The position numbers and the translations under genes are program-made. A model generated the notes under the pieces. That model searched no databases and was not told the DNA's origin. It worked only from the letters and a program-made list of their open reading frames with translations. Source: Octopus bimaculoides (Eukaryota). From it: a stretch of 64,000 nt of DNA. The stretch is from positions 40,261,029 through 40,325,028 of the forward strand of contig NC_068984.1 in assembly GCF_001194135.2 (NCBI RefSeq), given 5' to 3'. Shown here one piece after another: positions 52,190 to 64,000 of this stretch (the stretch's first letter is position 1; each line of letters begins with the position of its first letter).

Positions 52190-52625
52190 GAGTAAGAGAA
52201 CAGCTTATGTCATCAAAGTGATACTGGGGTACAAATATACAAAACCCAATATACCCATCATGACTACCCTTTTGATAAGGGTACACCAAGTACATGCATC
52301 ACAACCATATGTGTACATTGTGGTGACCTCATATCATTATAAAATGCACATGACCTTGCAGGTGGGGCCTAGTTAGAATTTTATTCAGGTCGAGTTGTTC
52401 ATTCTGCTCAAAATGTCATTGAATATAAGTTGTTTAAGGATGATGAATGAAACACCCCTGTTTCAAGAAGTGAATTATTCAAACCTTAAAGAATTCTTCT
52501 CAACACATGGCTATGATATTTCCCTTACTACTACTGCTCATGATTAGAGATGCACATATTGTCGGCCACTAAGGGACATGCTCAACTGATTAAGGTCAAA
52601 CGACTGACAAGCAAATCTGTGTTTT
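52190..52625 (-). mobile_element. SINE-like repeat of another family ending in an (AAT)n tail
   Basis: A unique-looking body runs into the (ATT)n tract at 52141-52190. Recalled as an octopus interspersed repeat; not searched. Confidence 0.45.
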
Positions 52626-52744
52626 TTTTTGCAAACTTTTTGCTGTAGCACATATTTTACACCAAGGCAAAACATGTACTTGTTAACACTTTCAATCAGC
52701 TAAGATCAGAAGTCATGAGAGCCACAGACTTGTACTGCATCAAG

Positions 52745-52796
<52 letters not shown>

Positions 52797-53739
52797 TTCT
52801 TCTTCTTCTAATACAATCAATGTGACAGAGTGTGTGACAAAAGTGAATCTTTAACGTTTTAACATTTAAACTGACCATATCTGGCTGAAATATTCTGTTT
52901 TATGTTGAAACTGACCATTTATCCTACAATTTCATTCTAAAAATAAACAATCACATTATTTGAAATCTCAAAGCTATAAGAAAATGCATGATTAATTCAA
53001 AACAATGTGAGTAAATGAGCATTACATGTTACAGAGTAATCTGAATGCTAGAAGGTTGAATTATAGATACAATCCATCCAATGAATTTCTGTACCATTTC
53101 CATCTACCTATTTTTTAAGTTTCTTTGAGAGGGCTTGGGTCAACCCAATGCTATTGTAAAAGGCACTTGCACAAGATGCCATGCGGTGAGATTAGACATG
53201 AGACCTCATGCTGCATACACATATGCATGAATACATGTGCATACAAGTTTGTGCATGCCTGTGTGTATGCACATAAGCACACTGATGTTGAATATGCACT
53301 TACACTTGTATGTGTGTGGTTATGTGCATATAGGTGTGTGTGTGTGTGTGTGTTTTGTACTAGAAGTATGATAATATGCATCCTGTATTCACGTCGTAAA
53401 ATAGCTGGTGACAGAAAGGTGTCCATCTGTAAAAACCATGTAAAAGGACATCATCATCATCATCGTCGTTGTTGTTTAATGTCCGCTTTTCATGCTGGCA
53501 TGGTTTGACATGAGGTAGCTAGGCAGAAGACTGCATAGACTTCTGTGTCTGTTTTGACGTGGTTTATTATGGCTGGTTGCCCTTCCTAACACCAACCACC
53601 CTGCAGTGTGGACTGAGTACTTTTTACACGACACCAACATAGGCGAGGTCAGTTTTAGCATAGTTTTTACTGCTGGATGCCCTTCCAAATACCATTCACT
53701 TTGCAGTGTGGACTGGATGCTTTTTACGTGGCACCAGCA

Positions 53740-54085
53740 CTGACTGTATGGTAAGAAGTTTACTTCCTAACCACATAATTCCAGGTCCAGCCCCACTGTG
53801 TGGCACCTTGGGCAAGTGTTTTCTATTATAATCCTGGGCCAACCAATGCCTTGTAAGTGAATTTGGTAGAGAGAAACTGTGTAAAAGCCCATCATGTATG
53901 TGTATCTGTTTGTGTTTGGCTTCCATCATTGCTTGACAACCAATGTTGGTTTAGCAACATATAGAATTAGTGTTCGGGTAGAATTAGTGATAGAATTAGT
54001 GTTCGGGTTGATTTGTTTGACTAAACTCTTTAAGGTGGTGCTCCAGCATGGTTGCAGTTCAGTAGCTGAAACAAGTAAAAGATAT
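53740..54085 (+). mobile_element. tRNA-derived SINE, same family, + orientation
   Basis: TGGTAAGAAGTTTACTTCCTAACCACAT...GTGGCACCTTGGGCAAGTG...GGTGCTCCAGCATGG...GAAACAAGTAAAAG. Confidence 0.8.
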
Positions 54086-54405
54086 AATAGCTCCTCCTAT
54101 ATATANNNNNNNNNNNNNNNNNNNNNNNNNNNNNNNNNNNNNNNNNNNNNNNNNNNNNNNNNNNNNNNNNNNNNNNNNNNNNNNNNNNNNNNNNNNNNNN
54201 NNNNNNNNNNNNNTATATATATGTATGTATGTATATGTATATATAAAGGAGACCACTAGGTGGACTGTTAATGTGCTAGAAGAAGATCACATGTAATGTG
54301 TCTACTAAGACTGAATTGTTCTTAAAGCAAATTCAGTAAAGTAGTAAAACGTATGCGAGCAGGACAAGTGAAAATTACATAAATATATACAAAATTATCT
54401 GCAAA

Positions 54406-54477
54406 CTAGTTTCAAAATTAACATTTTCTTACCGAAAATATCTGTTTTCGGTAAGAAAATGTTAATTTCGAAACTAG
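54406..54477. repeat. 33-bp inverted repeat with a 6-nt loop
   Basis: Arms 54406-54438 and 54445-54477 pair at 32 of 33 positions. The single mismatch is A54414 opposite C54469. Confidence 0.97.
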
Positions 54478-54487
54478 GGCCTTGTTG

Positions 54488-54537
<50 letters not shown>

Positions 54538-55831
54538 GAGTGTCACCATCATGCCAGTGATGTCCTTCATTTCCAATCTTCTGTGAAAACATGTCTGATT
54601 TTTGGGGAAATATTGCCTTATTTGGAAATCGTTGACGGTGTCTGGCCATAGAAAATCTGCTTTAGCAAATTCCATCTGACCTATGTGAGAATGGAAAAGT
54701 GAACATTAAAATGATGATGATGGTGATGTTTTCTTGCATTGGTTTGGCCAATCACAAACAGTGGTACATCATCCATTTTAGCTATTTAAATACAAGTTGA
54801 ACTGTTTTGTCTCTCTTCTATCACCAAGATTTTACTTTGCATCTATGAATAAGCTATATAATATCTGTCTGTCTGTCTGTCTGTCTATCTGTCTGTCTCT
54901 ATCTCTCTGTCTCTCTCTCTGTCTCTCTCTCTGTCTCTCTGTCTCTCTCTCTACTCAGCTCCCCCTTGGTTGTGCTTCAATAGAATAGAATTGGCTAGCT
55001 TAAATCTTATAACATGTTAAGTTGGATGAAAAGTCATTTGCTGATTGTTATTTCTGCTAGTTCAGAAACACATTATCTGCTTTTCCTGTTTACTACTGGC
55101 CAGTATCTATTTCTATACATTGACCTTATAAATAAGAAAAAAATGTTTATAAACACTTTCTACAATACAATTGACCTTGTGAAAGAAGAAAATATTTACA
55201 AACATTCTCCCAATACATAATGCACAGACAAATTTCTATTAAAATCATGTAATCAAATAGTTATTTTTCATTTTCGTGTTTTTGTAACCTGTACTTGCAA
55301 CCCATGTAAGGTCTATATGCTATTGAATTATTATACCAACAATACCGGAAGAGGTCTGTTTTCTGTTGATATGCAGGAAATGAATGAAAAGTGATATATA
55401 ATTCTTCTTTTTTCTATGAATATTCTTTTTATCATATAAAGAAATTGTGTATGCTACATAATATACATGTATATTTATGTGCATCTGTTTATCTCGATCT
55501 ATCTATCTATCTATCTATGTATGTATCTATCTATCTATCTATCTATCTATATATATATATATATATATATATATTTTTTATGTGTATATATGTATGTGCA
55601 TCTTTATATGTGTATATGTATGTGTGTGTATATATGTACACACACCCACACATAAATAATTTTGTTAAAGGTATGCTCTATATCTGACTGAAATTAATGT
55701 TAAGTCATGGGGGCACACTTTACATTTTATGTGGTATGTTAGAGATGTTAATCAGTTTTAATTCAGTGTCAAAAGATATTTTAAATTGAAGCATCTACTT
55801 TATATTGCTGTCTCTCTTACTTTCTTTCCAG

Positions 55832-55948
55832 TTGTGCTCCCACGCCTGGCTGCAATGGCTCTTGCTAATAACAGTATAACTAACGAAATCAAAAAGACTG
55901 ATGTTGCTCTGCAGCTCTTTGAGGCCTACAGCGCCATGTCTTGTTGCT
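55832..55948 (+). CDS. RELCH: RELCH/KIAA1468 orthologue, third-to-last coding exon (phase 1-1, 117 nt)
   Basis: Polypyrimidine tract and CAG at 55811-55831. Translates (F)VLPRLAAMALANNSITNEIKKTDVALQLFEAYSAMSCC(F), matching the recalled human RELCH segment FVIPHLHKLALVNNLQIVDSKRLDIATHLFEAYSALSCCF. Ends at a GTATCCTTT donor. Confidence 0.92.
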
Positions 55949-56765
55949 GTATCCTTTATTTATTGATGATTTCTTAATATAATAACTATTACCTATTGTT
56001 TTATGAAAAAATACTGTTGTTGTTTTTTTGTTTCTTATTGTTGTTGCTTTTATGATATTAAGCTGGTAGTTTCACAAAAACTGCAATGCATCAGACTAAA
56101 TTACTTATACTAAAAATTAATATTTATCCCTACTTAAAAGTGCATGTAAGCACTCTTGTTTATCACTAGCAATGTACACAAGAGTGCTTATATGCACCAA
56201 AAAACCATATGAGAAGTTCTCTCATGGTAACTATCACAGTATTCTGTAACTTTTGGTATTAATACGGCTTCTATCACTAATAATCATTATTTATACTATT
56301 TAGTGTTGCTCCTCTGTATTCTGAGTTCAAATCCTGCTGTGGTTGGCCTTATCTTTTTATCTGTCTGAAATCAAGAAAATAAATACTAAATGTATTAAAA
56401 TTAATTTAATCAATTAAACCATGTTTTTACAAATTTCTGGACTTTTATCAGTGTAAGACATTATTATTATATGCAGTTAGAGATCACTGTGTGGTCTCTG
56501 AATGCATTGTAAATTAGACTGGCATTATAGGGTTTTCAAGTAGTATACCTCTCTTATTTTCATAGTCTCTAGATGTGTTCCTTAGTGGTAAAATCGAAAA
56601 AATATAGAAACAAATAAAATAATCTGTGACATGAGGTGTTTGTTGGCTTTTATGCTTAGATGTTAAAAGAAAATGTTCAATATGTGTGAGATATAGATGG
56701 ATTGAGGATTGTTGATAATGTCCATGAATTTTATAATGTCTATTAAATCCTTAATTACAAACTAG
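55949..56765 (+). other. U12-type (minor spliceosome) GT-AG intron, 817 nt
   Basis: 5' splice site GTATCCTTT (55949-55957). Branch site TCCTTAAT (56748-56755) about 11 nt from the 3' AG (56764-56765). No polypyrimidine tract. Splicing restores the RELCH frame. Confidence 0.9.
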
Positions 56766-56919
56766 TCATCAATGATCAGTTGGTGCAGGAAGCCATGCTA
56801 CCTGGATTACGGTACCTTCGCCAAGACTTATCACAGCTTGCTCCTGAGAGAGAGGAGGTGATGAGTTCTATGATCAAAGAATATGAAGCAAAGCTAGATG
56901 CATCAAAATCTTTAGAAAG
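56766..56919 (+). CDS. RELCH: RELCH/KIAA1468 orthologue, penultimate coding exon (phase 1-2, 154 nt)
   Basis: Translates (F)INDQLVQEAMLPGLRYLRQDLSQLAPEREEVMSSMIKEYEAKLDASKSLE(R), versus human FISEDLMVNHFLPGLRCLRTDMEHLSPEHEVILSSMIKECEQKV. The frame joins the previous exon exactly (T+TC=Phe). Donor AG|GTAAGT. Not in the ORF track. Confidence 0.93.
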
Positions 56920-57249
56920 GTAAGTGTTATCTCATAGTCTATGTTGTCACAATTTCAATGTTTTCATGTGTTGTATTTCTTGAAAATATAGTCTTCTATA
57001 AGAGCTGGCCAACAATTGACTTTATCAAATGTAATGGAGTAAAGTGTTAATAATCAGTTTGTAGTTGTACAATGGTAGATTTTGATATCTAATCATATGT
57101 AATATTGTTATTATAAATAATAAAGTCAAAGCGAGTATAAGGTGTGTGTGTGTGTGTGAGAGAGTGACCACAATAGCTCGATAACAAAGCAATTATAAGA
57201 ACATTTCTTGATTTGATACAAATATTTTCTTGCAGCTGCAGCCAGCTAA

Positions 57250-57700
57250 TTTCTTAGTATTTTGGAGATCTTTCTATGAATGCTAGGAAAGTGAAGTATT
57301 ACAATAGAGCTGGGTTAGTGTAATATGGTCAAAAGTATTGTTTGAATGAACGTTTGTGATCTTAGTTTTGGAAGGAAGCCATGTGTAAGTAAAGAGTATT
57401 TACTTGAATAAGTTCTGTAGGAGATAAAATATAGATTTAATGGTAAGTGAAACAATATGTGCTGCGTGATCTCTGTGGCTAAAATGAAGCCAGAATGTTT
57501 TACAGATCAGTAACCATTATGGTATATGTTGGAAATATGAACAAGAAGACATGACTTGTTAGGAACCAGAGCTTATCAGTTAGAGACAGTTTGCTTGCAA
57601 AGAGAATAGTGTTATTTTGGATATAGTGGAGAAAATCAATGACTGAAAGAGATGTGCCATTTTGGTAGGAGGAATAGTTTTCTATTGTTAACACTTGGCC
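57250..57700 (-). mobile_element. Decayed LINE AP-endonuclease fragment (CR1/L2-like) in the last RELCH intron
   Basis: Minus ORF 57500-57694 has weak similarity to the EN segment (NFNAH...LDLFLT...SDH). Degenerate. Confidence 0.4.
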
Positions 57701-57834
57701 TCTATACAGCAGAATTTACTTACTTTCTCTCATTAGATACTCCTTATACATGTTTTTTTTTTCCATTTTTTTAATGTACTCATTAGTGTTTTTATTATGG
57801 ATTAACAAGTTTTTCAAAGATTTTATATATTTTA

Positions 57835-58275
57835 TTTTTTGATTCTTTTATTTGTTTCAGTCATTTGATTGTGGCCATGCTGGAGCACTGCCTTGAATGT
57901 TTTTTTTTTTAGTTGAACAAATCAACCCCAGAACTTATTTTATTTTATTTTTTTTAAACCTAGTACTTATTCTATCTGACTCTTTGGCCAAACCGCTAAG
58001 TTATGGGGATGTAAACACACCAACACTGGTTTTCAAGTGGTGATGGGGGGATAAACAGACACCAAGACACATACATACATACATACATACATACATTTAT
58101 ATATACACATACGACAGGCTTCTTTCAGTTTCTGTGTACCAAATACACTCACGTGGCTTTGGTCAGCCCAAGGCTATAGTAGAAGACACTTGTCCAAGGT
58201 TTCATGCGGTAGAACTGAACTCAGAACCATGGGGGTTGGGAAGCAAGCTTCTTGCCAAACAACCATGCCTGTTCC
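57835..58275 (-). mobile_element. Near full-length tRNA-derived SINE (head, CORE-like CCTTGGGCAAG segment, internal microsatellite, GTGCTCCAGCATGGCC tail)
   Basis: Matches other copies in the window at about 860-1215 (-), 24425-24785 (-) and 53740-54085 (+). The head has a box-B-like GGTTC..GTTCAGT. Confidence 0.8.
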
Positions 58276-59170
58276 TATATTTCATGTTATTTATTCTTGA
58301 TTAATAACTGGAATAATTGTACTTCAATTATGTCACTGTTGAGAAAGATTTGAATGGTACAACTCTCATGTATCCTTCCATTGAAGTCAATTGAACACAT
58401 ATCCCATTGAATACATAAAATGAAGAAATTGATTATCTATCACATTAAGTTAAAGACTGATGATTGTGAGATGTTTTACATATGCTAAAAAAAACAAACT
58501 TTCATCTAATTGCGTTCTAGTTTGATTTTTCTCTTGATCCTTATCTAACTTTTACACTCATTACTAGAGGTTACCTTTCTTAATCATACTCATACTATTA
58601 ATCCTTAATAGAAACAACAAAATTATGATTGAACTTTCTGTTGTTTTCTGTATGTGACAACATATTTACTAGTTTGATTACTGATGCTCATAGCTTTTTC
58701 CTTTCTTTTGTTTGACATTCTTATGTGTTAGGAGGTGCTATTTATCAGTTTATATTTTATTAGAACCTTTTTCAATCTTCAATCATTCAGTTACTTTGTC
58801 ATTTTGTTTTAGACTTTTGGAAAATTAATTTTGTTTTATCAGTTATCCACCCAAAAATGTATGATTGTGTTATAAATATATTATTGTGGTTGCTATGTAT
58901 AAAAAAACTTGCATCTACTAAAACATTCTGCTGGCTTTAAATGTTCAAAGCATTCTTTTGAATATCTAAAGTTTTTTTTTTTGAACTAATTTATTTATTT
59001 TGATTTTCTATTGCTAAAATACAACAACAAAAAAACTGTACTTTGCAAAGAAGCTATTACTTTCACACAAAGATACTCTGACTTAATTTAATTTTGAGTT
59101 TGGCTGAAAGACATTTCAAATGTAAGAAAATATGTAATTTTTTCTTTTTTCTCTTTTCTTTTTGTTTTAG

Positions 59171-59300
59171 GAGTCCTAGTCAATCAGTATCTCCGACCCC
59201 TGGTGGAAATGCTGAGGATGTCAGAGCAAGAGTAATGAGCAAAATCAAAGATACAACTTCAAAGGCTCACATTCCTAATATCTTCATGCGTAAGAAGTAG
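59171..59300 (+). CDS. RELCH: RELCH/KIAA1468 orthologue, terminal coding exon with TAG stop
   Basis: Long T-rich tract and TAG acceptor at 59170. Phase 2 join (AG+G=Arg). Translates (R)SPSQSVSPTPGGNAEDVRARVMSKIKDTTSKAHIPNIFMRKK*; the ending NIFMRKK* parallels human NVFQRKK*. Confidence 0.9.
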
Positions 59301-59675
59301 CCTCTAACTATGTTATCATTCCCAGAATTGCCTCTTTATCTTCTTCTTTACAAATAGATAAAGTTGTTAGCACAAATTAAAAAAGAAAATCATGAAATAT
59401 TAATTAAAAACTTTTCTTTTGTCTGTGAAATAATGGCTAACATTATAATAAATATTTTATTCTATTATTAGCCAAAAAAAATCATGATTATATCGAAATA
59501 TTCAACATATATGGTGGCCTCTACACTTTAAAAAATCTTTTTCTCCATTCTCATATGAAAAATTTTCTTTGTTATATTTAATGATTTTTTTTTGTTTATT
59601 TAACTACTGATGTCTAAGGTAATATAATAATGTAACAATAAGGAAAAGGATAATAGTTATGCATATTATGATATA

Positions 59676-59750
59676 AATAAAACTTAGATGTCAAAAAAAT
59701 TGTTCCAATAAAGTAATTTGAAAATAAAAAAGCAATTTCAATTGATTTGT
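59676..59750 (+). terminator. Cluster of polyadenylation signals, likely RELCH 3' end
   Basis: AATAAA at 59676-59681, 59707-59712 and 59723-59728, followed by T-rich TTGATTTGTTTCTTGCTTG, about 400 nt after the stop. AATAAA is common in AT-rich DNA, so support is moderate. Confidence 0.5.
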
Positions 59751-59823
59751 TTCTTGCTTGACAAAATGATATAGGAAAAGGGCAAAATTATATATANNNN
59801 NNNNNNNNNNNNNNNNNNNNNNN

Positions 59824-59863
<40 letters not shown>

Positions 59864-62800
59864 TAGTGGAAAAAAGGGATCATTGAGTAAATAGTTGTTT
59901 GAAAGCCTTGTTTTATTTCACTTTTGCTGATTAGAGAGTAACTGTTTAAGAACTTTGGAAATTAACTCTATATATTAAATTCTTGACTACAACACTTAGA
60001 TTACTTGAAATTTTTACAAGATTTTGATAAAATTTATTCAGAGTGTTGTATTTTTCTCCTAAATTGAATGTTCAACAATGTGACACTAATTTACTTTTGT
60101 GATCGCATCAACCAGCTTGGTTTAGTCAATACATAAACCATTTTTTTTTCTTGTTCAGGTTAAAGAAAGCTTTTTTTTTTATAAAAAAAAATACAAAGTC
60201 AAATTGCTATTCAAAGTTTACTGTTTTCTTAGGCTTCAGATATAAATGCACACAAAGTGTATACATATTGGTAGCTATGCCAGGTATCTTAATTCAGACA
60301 TTTTGTCTTTGTAATAGTTTGAGGGTTTCATTTTTATATTTATTCTGTTTTCTTTTAATCACATCTGTATTAGGAAACTGAAATTAAATTACTTTTTGTA
60401 GATCCTTATTTAGACTTTGAATATTACCATTAAGTGTCTTTAGAATACATTTCTGCAAAAAATGAAAAAAATCAAAGAAAGAAAAACAAATTAGATTTTT
60501 CTACACTTTTTATGATTTAAAATTTTCTAATTTACCATAATTTTCCAATATTGTCTTCCCTATGTTTTTTAAAATTAGTATTTGTAGCAATGGAAGTTTT
60601 GCACAAACTACCTTTTTTAATACTTCTGAAAATGGTTGTATCTTTTAATTGTACTTTGTACTCTTTTGTCTGTTTCCATTTATCATTCTACATCGATGGG
60701 TTCTATATAATATAGCTAAATTGTGGTTTAATTCTTCTGCTAACCCTTGCTTTACAGTCCTAAATTCTTATATACTCTTCTTTGGTATCTATTATTTTTT
60801 TGTATGATTCTCTATTGATATTTTGGGGGAAATATTTTACTTCTAACTTGGATAAAACCAATTTAATCAAGTTTAATTATAAGTTGATACTTTAAACAAA
60901 TTTCTAAACCATTTTATTAGATTAATGCTATTAACTGGTTTCAGTATTTAAACGTTACAAGGGCAGGATTTGGTAGAAATAGTAAAGCCTTTCAGTGTAT
61001 AGTTTTGTTCCTCTGTTTTCTGGTTTCAAATCCTGCTGGGGTTTACATTGCCTTTCATCTCTCCAGGGTTCATTAAAATAAGTACCGGTCACATACTGTG
61101 AATACATTGGTTGGTCTATTAATTATATCTTCCCTTTTCACAAATTGGCAATGTGCCTAGATAAAAAGAAATTACTATTTCAAAGTTAAAAAGCAAAATA
61201 ATAATAATAATAAACATTTATTCGTTTTTCTTTCTTCAGTTCTTTATAATAACTAAATTTTCTTAGCCACTCTTTTTTTTTAATGACAGGGACTGGTAAT
61301 GTGAACATTCATGATGTAAAATCTACCCTCCCCCTTTTCACTTCTATATGATCATTCCCTACAATATTGACAGCTGACATTCATAGATGAAATTTTCTCT
61401 TTTTTCTTCTTCTATCAATACAGATATTCATTCCTTACTGCAATCAATGTTGACATAATACATTGAAACACTTCTCTTAAAACTGAAATGGTTAGTGCAT
61501 TTTAATAGGAATATTCTGTATGCCATTATTGATTTGTTGTACTGACTGTGGACATTTTTACTCTCCTTTATTTTTTCCCCTTCATTTCTCCTTTTCTTTC
61601 TCCTCAACTCATTAGTTAGGATTTTAAGCCTTAATTTACACAGAGATCAGAACAGTTTGTGAAAGTGAGCAATCATTAACCATTTACAGCTGATTTTAAT
61701 GATGCATACTGCAACCTTCAAAATCTCTGCAAGACTATTAATATAGAATCAAAAAAGAATTACAATATTGGACTTTTTTTTCCTTTTTGTTTATTAGATG
61801 GTTACTGCATCCTCTGCTGAGGTGATATTTTATGGGTTTCACAACCAAGCTGAGCCCATTTCTTTCCAGGTGATTTATTGTAAACTATTTAGACCAAAGC
61901 AATTTTGTATGACATATTAGGTTTCCCATTTAATCTCATGAACTCAGAATAGATAATAAATAAGTGCCTGCATGTTAATGCCTTGCTTAATTATCCTCTC
62001 AAACTTCCGGATATTATATTTCTATTTATAAGAGACATAGCTCTGTAGATGAGGAATAATACAAAACAATGGTTGTCATTTCCTTCATATAGCTATTTTT
62101 GATTTGAATGAAATTGTTTGAAGAAAGTGGATATAAATATACACTCTAGAATGGGAGTTTAAATCATTGTGTATACACACACACACATGCACGTGTCCAC
62201 ACACACATACAAACACACATTCATACACATATAAACATACAAATGCATGCATGAACATGCTATATACAATCACATGCACATGTCTGTCTTTATATAAATG
62301 ATATGAATTAAACATTCTAAGACTTGTGACAAAAAAAAAAATACAAATTTAAATTTTAAAAAATTATTATTTACTTGAGTATGTACGATTGTATGTTTTG
62401 TATGTATGTTGGCCTGCAAAATCTCAGAAATAATATTTGGTTATTTAGTTTTAAGTATTTATTCCTTTTAAAAAGTATCAATATCCATTAGTAATTTTCA
62501 AAAAAACAAAAAACAAAAAAAAACAAGCTGCTTTTAGATATAGAAATGACTTTTTTTTTTTATAGATGTTTCAATAAGAAAATGTACTAATTTTATACAA
62601 CAAAATTGCTGGCTTCTTTTAAAATTATTATTCTGGAATAAAAACATTGAAAATTACTTTAAAAAAATTATTTCTTTGATTTTTACTCATCTCATTTTCC
62701 AAACAAAACAAAACAAAACAAAACTTGGTCCATAGAGTTTTTCTTTCCAATCTATTTTTCCATTTTCTTCTGTCTATGAAATGTAAACATAATTAAATTG

Positions 62801-64000
62801 CATTTAAACTTAAATTATTCAATGTCTGAATTTAATTCAAAAATACTAGAAAAGATTAAATAAATAGAAAAGATTTGATAAATAAAAAACAAGATGCCTC
62901 AAGTTTCTTATACAATAAGGAAAATATAGATTATATCATATTAGTGTTTTGAAAATGATTATTGAGTAAAACAAGAAGAGCAATTTAGCTTGTTAGTTGG
63001 TACAAAATGAATTTAAGACTTTTACAGTGTTGTACTCTATATCATGACTACTACAACAACAACAACAATAATGATAATGGCCAGCATTCATCTTAAGTAT
63101 TAATGACAAAATAAGATTACTTCTTTTGAAGAAATTAACAAATATACCCTAAATAATTTTCACAATGTAATGCATTCTTTAAAATACATAGTGAGCATCC
63201 AAAGTTCTTAACTGATTTTGTTTAATACAACCAAGATAAAATATTAAAAAAAAATTCCTAAGATATTAAAATTTCAAATAACACTAATTTAAAGTTTTAA
63301 TTTTATGAAAAGGAAAATAATATTATTTTTAACTTAGTGGTAAACTGATACAAGTTATCATAGGTGATAACTATTTCTCTGGAATTTTGTTAAAAGTGAT
63401 GCCAAAATTATGGTAGGGGAGAAAACAAAAATCTGATACATTTGCTTCAGATTTGTCTGATGACAATGTTTAAAGTTTTATTTAGGACAGTGAATGGCAG
63501 AATTAGTAGAGTGCCTGACTAAATACTGTCCGATGTTTAGTTACGTCCCTTTACAGACTGAATTAAAATTCTGCTTGGGTCAATAAAATAAGTACCAGTA
63601 ATAAATTGGGTGTAGGTTACATCATTTATAATTCTCTAAAAATCTATGGTTTGCGTCAAGGTAAAAATACCAATATTTTAATATTGTTTAAATCTATATA
63701 ACCTTATGTTACAGTAAATAGTGAGATATTCCTACTTCAGTAAAAACAATTTAAACATAAAAAAATGACTCGCTATTTGAATTTCATAAAAAAATAGTTG
63801 TAGTTTACGTTAAAAATTCTGGATGAAAAAAAAATCAGTCTTAGAGAAAATTGCAAAATTGTTCTTTATTAATTTTAGCATCTGGAAAAAAGAAAGAAAA
63901 GCCTTTTACCGTACCAAATTATATTATAGTGAATAAGCGATAAGAGAAAATTCTATTCCAGTTAAAGGTAAAGAAGTACAAATGAAAATAAAAAAGTTAG

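Noticed and set aside
59168-59173. TAGGAG tandem (NAGNAG) acceptor at the last RELCH exon
   Set aside because: GAG is rarely used as an acceptor, and there is no evidence of use.
60384-60452. Minus-strand terminal-exon candidate KCILKTLNGNIQSLNKDLQKVI* after a strong acceptor
   Set aside because: It is a short open frame expected by chance, with no recognisable homology and no partner exon.
63841-63881. Minus-strand candidate (D)AKINKEQFCNFL*, vaguely EF-hand-like
   Set aside because: It is only 13 codons and cannot be distinguished from chance without the adjacent sequence.

Overview
AT-rich, repeat-saturated animal genomic DNA from a gapped scaffold with about ten N-runs. The microsatellite load and the SINE/RTE families look like coleoid cephalopod (Octopus-type) DNA; this is an inference from recalled repeat families, not a database result. 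The only protein-coding gene I can support is the 3' end of RELCH/KIAA1468 (RAB11-binding LisH/HEAT-repeat protein) on the + strand: exons 55832-55948, 56766-56919 and 59171-59300 (stop), with poly(A) signals near 59.7 kb. The intron between the first two of these exons (55949-56765) is a minor-spliceosome (U12-type, GT-AG) intron. I found no further RELCH exon in the preceding 55.8 kb. That stretch is filled with RTE, CR1-like and R4-like LINE remnants, Penelope-like elements (one with a recognisable decayed hammerhead ribozyme), Tc1/mariner remnants, a Helentron-type non-autonomous element, many tRNA-derived SINEs and microsatellites. Points worth a second look are a 33-bp near-perfect hairpin with a single A-C mismatch, inverted repeat pairs able to form dsRNA in the pre-mRNA, a structured tandem array in the RTE 3' UTR, and orphan exon-like units. 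Nearly all ORFs in the supplied track are microsatellite or N-run artefacts. There are no prokaryotic features, CRISPR arrays, rRNA or true tRNA genes.
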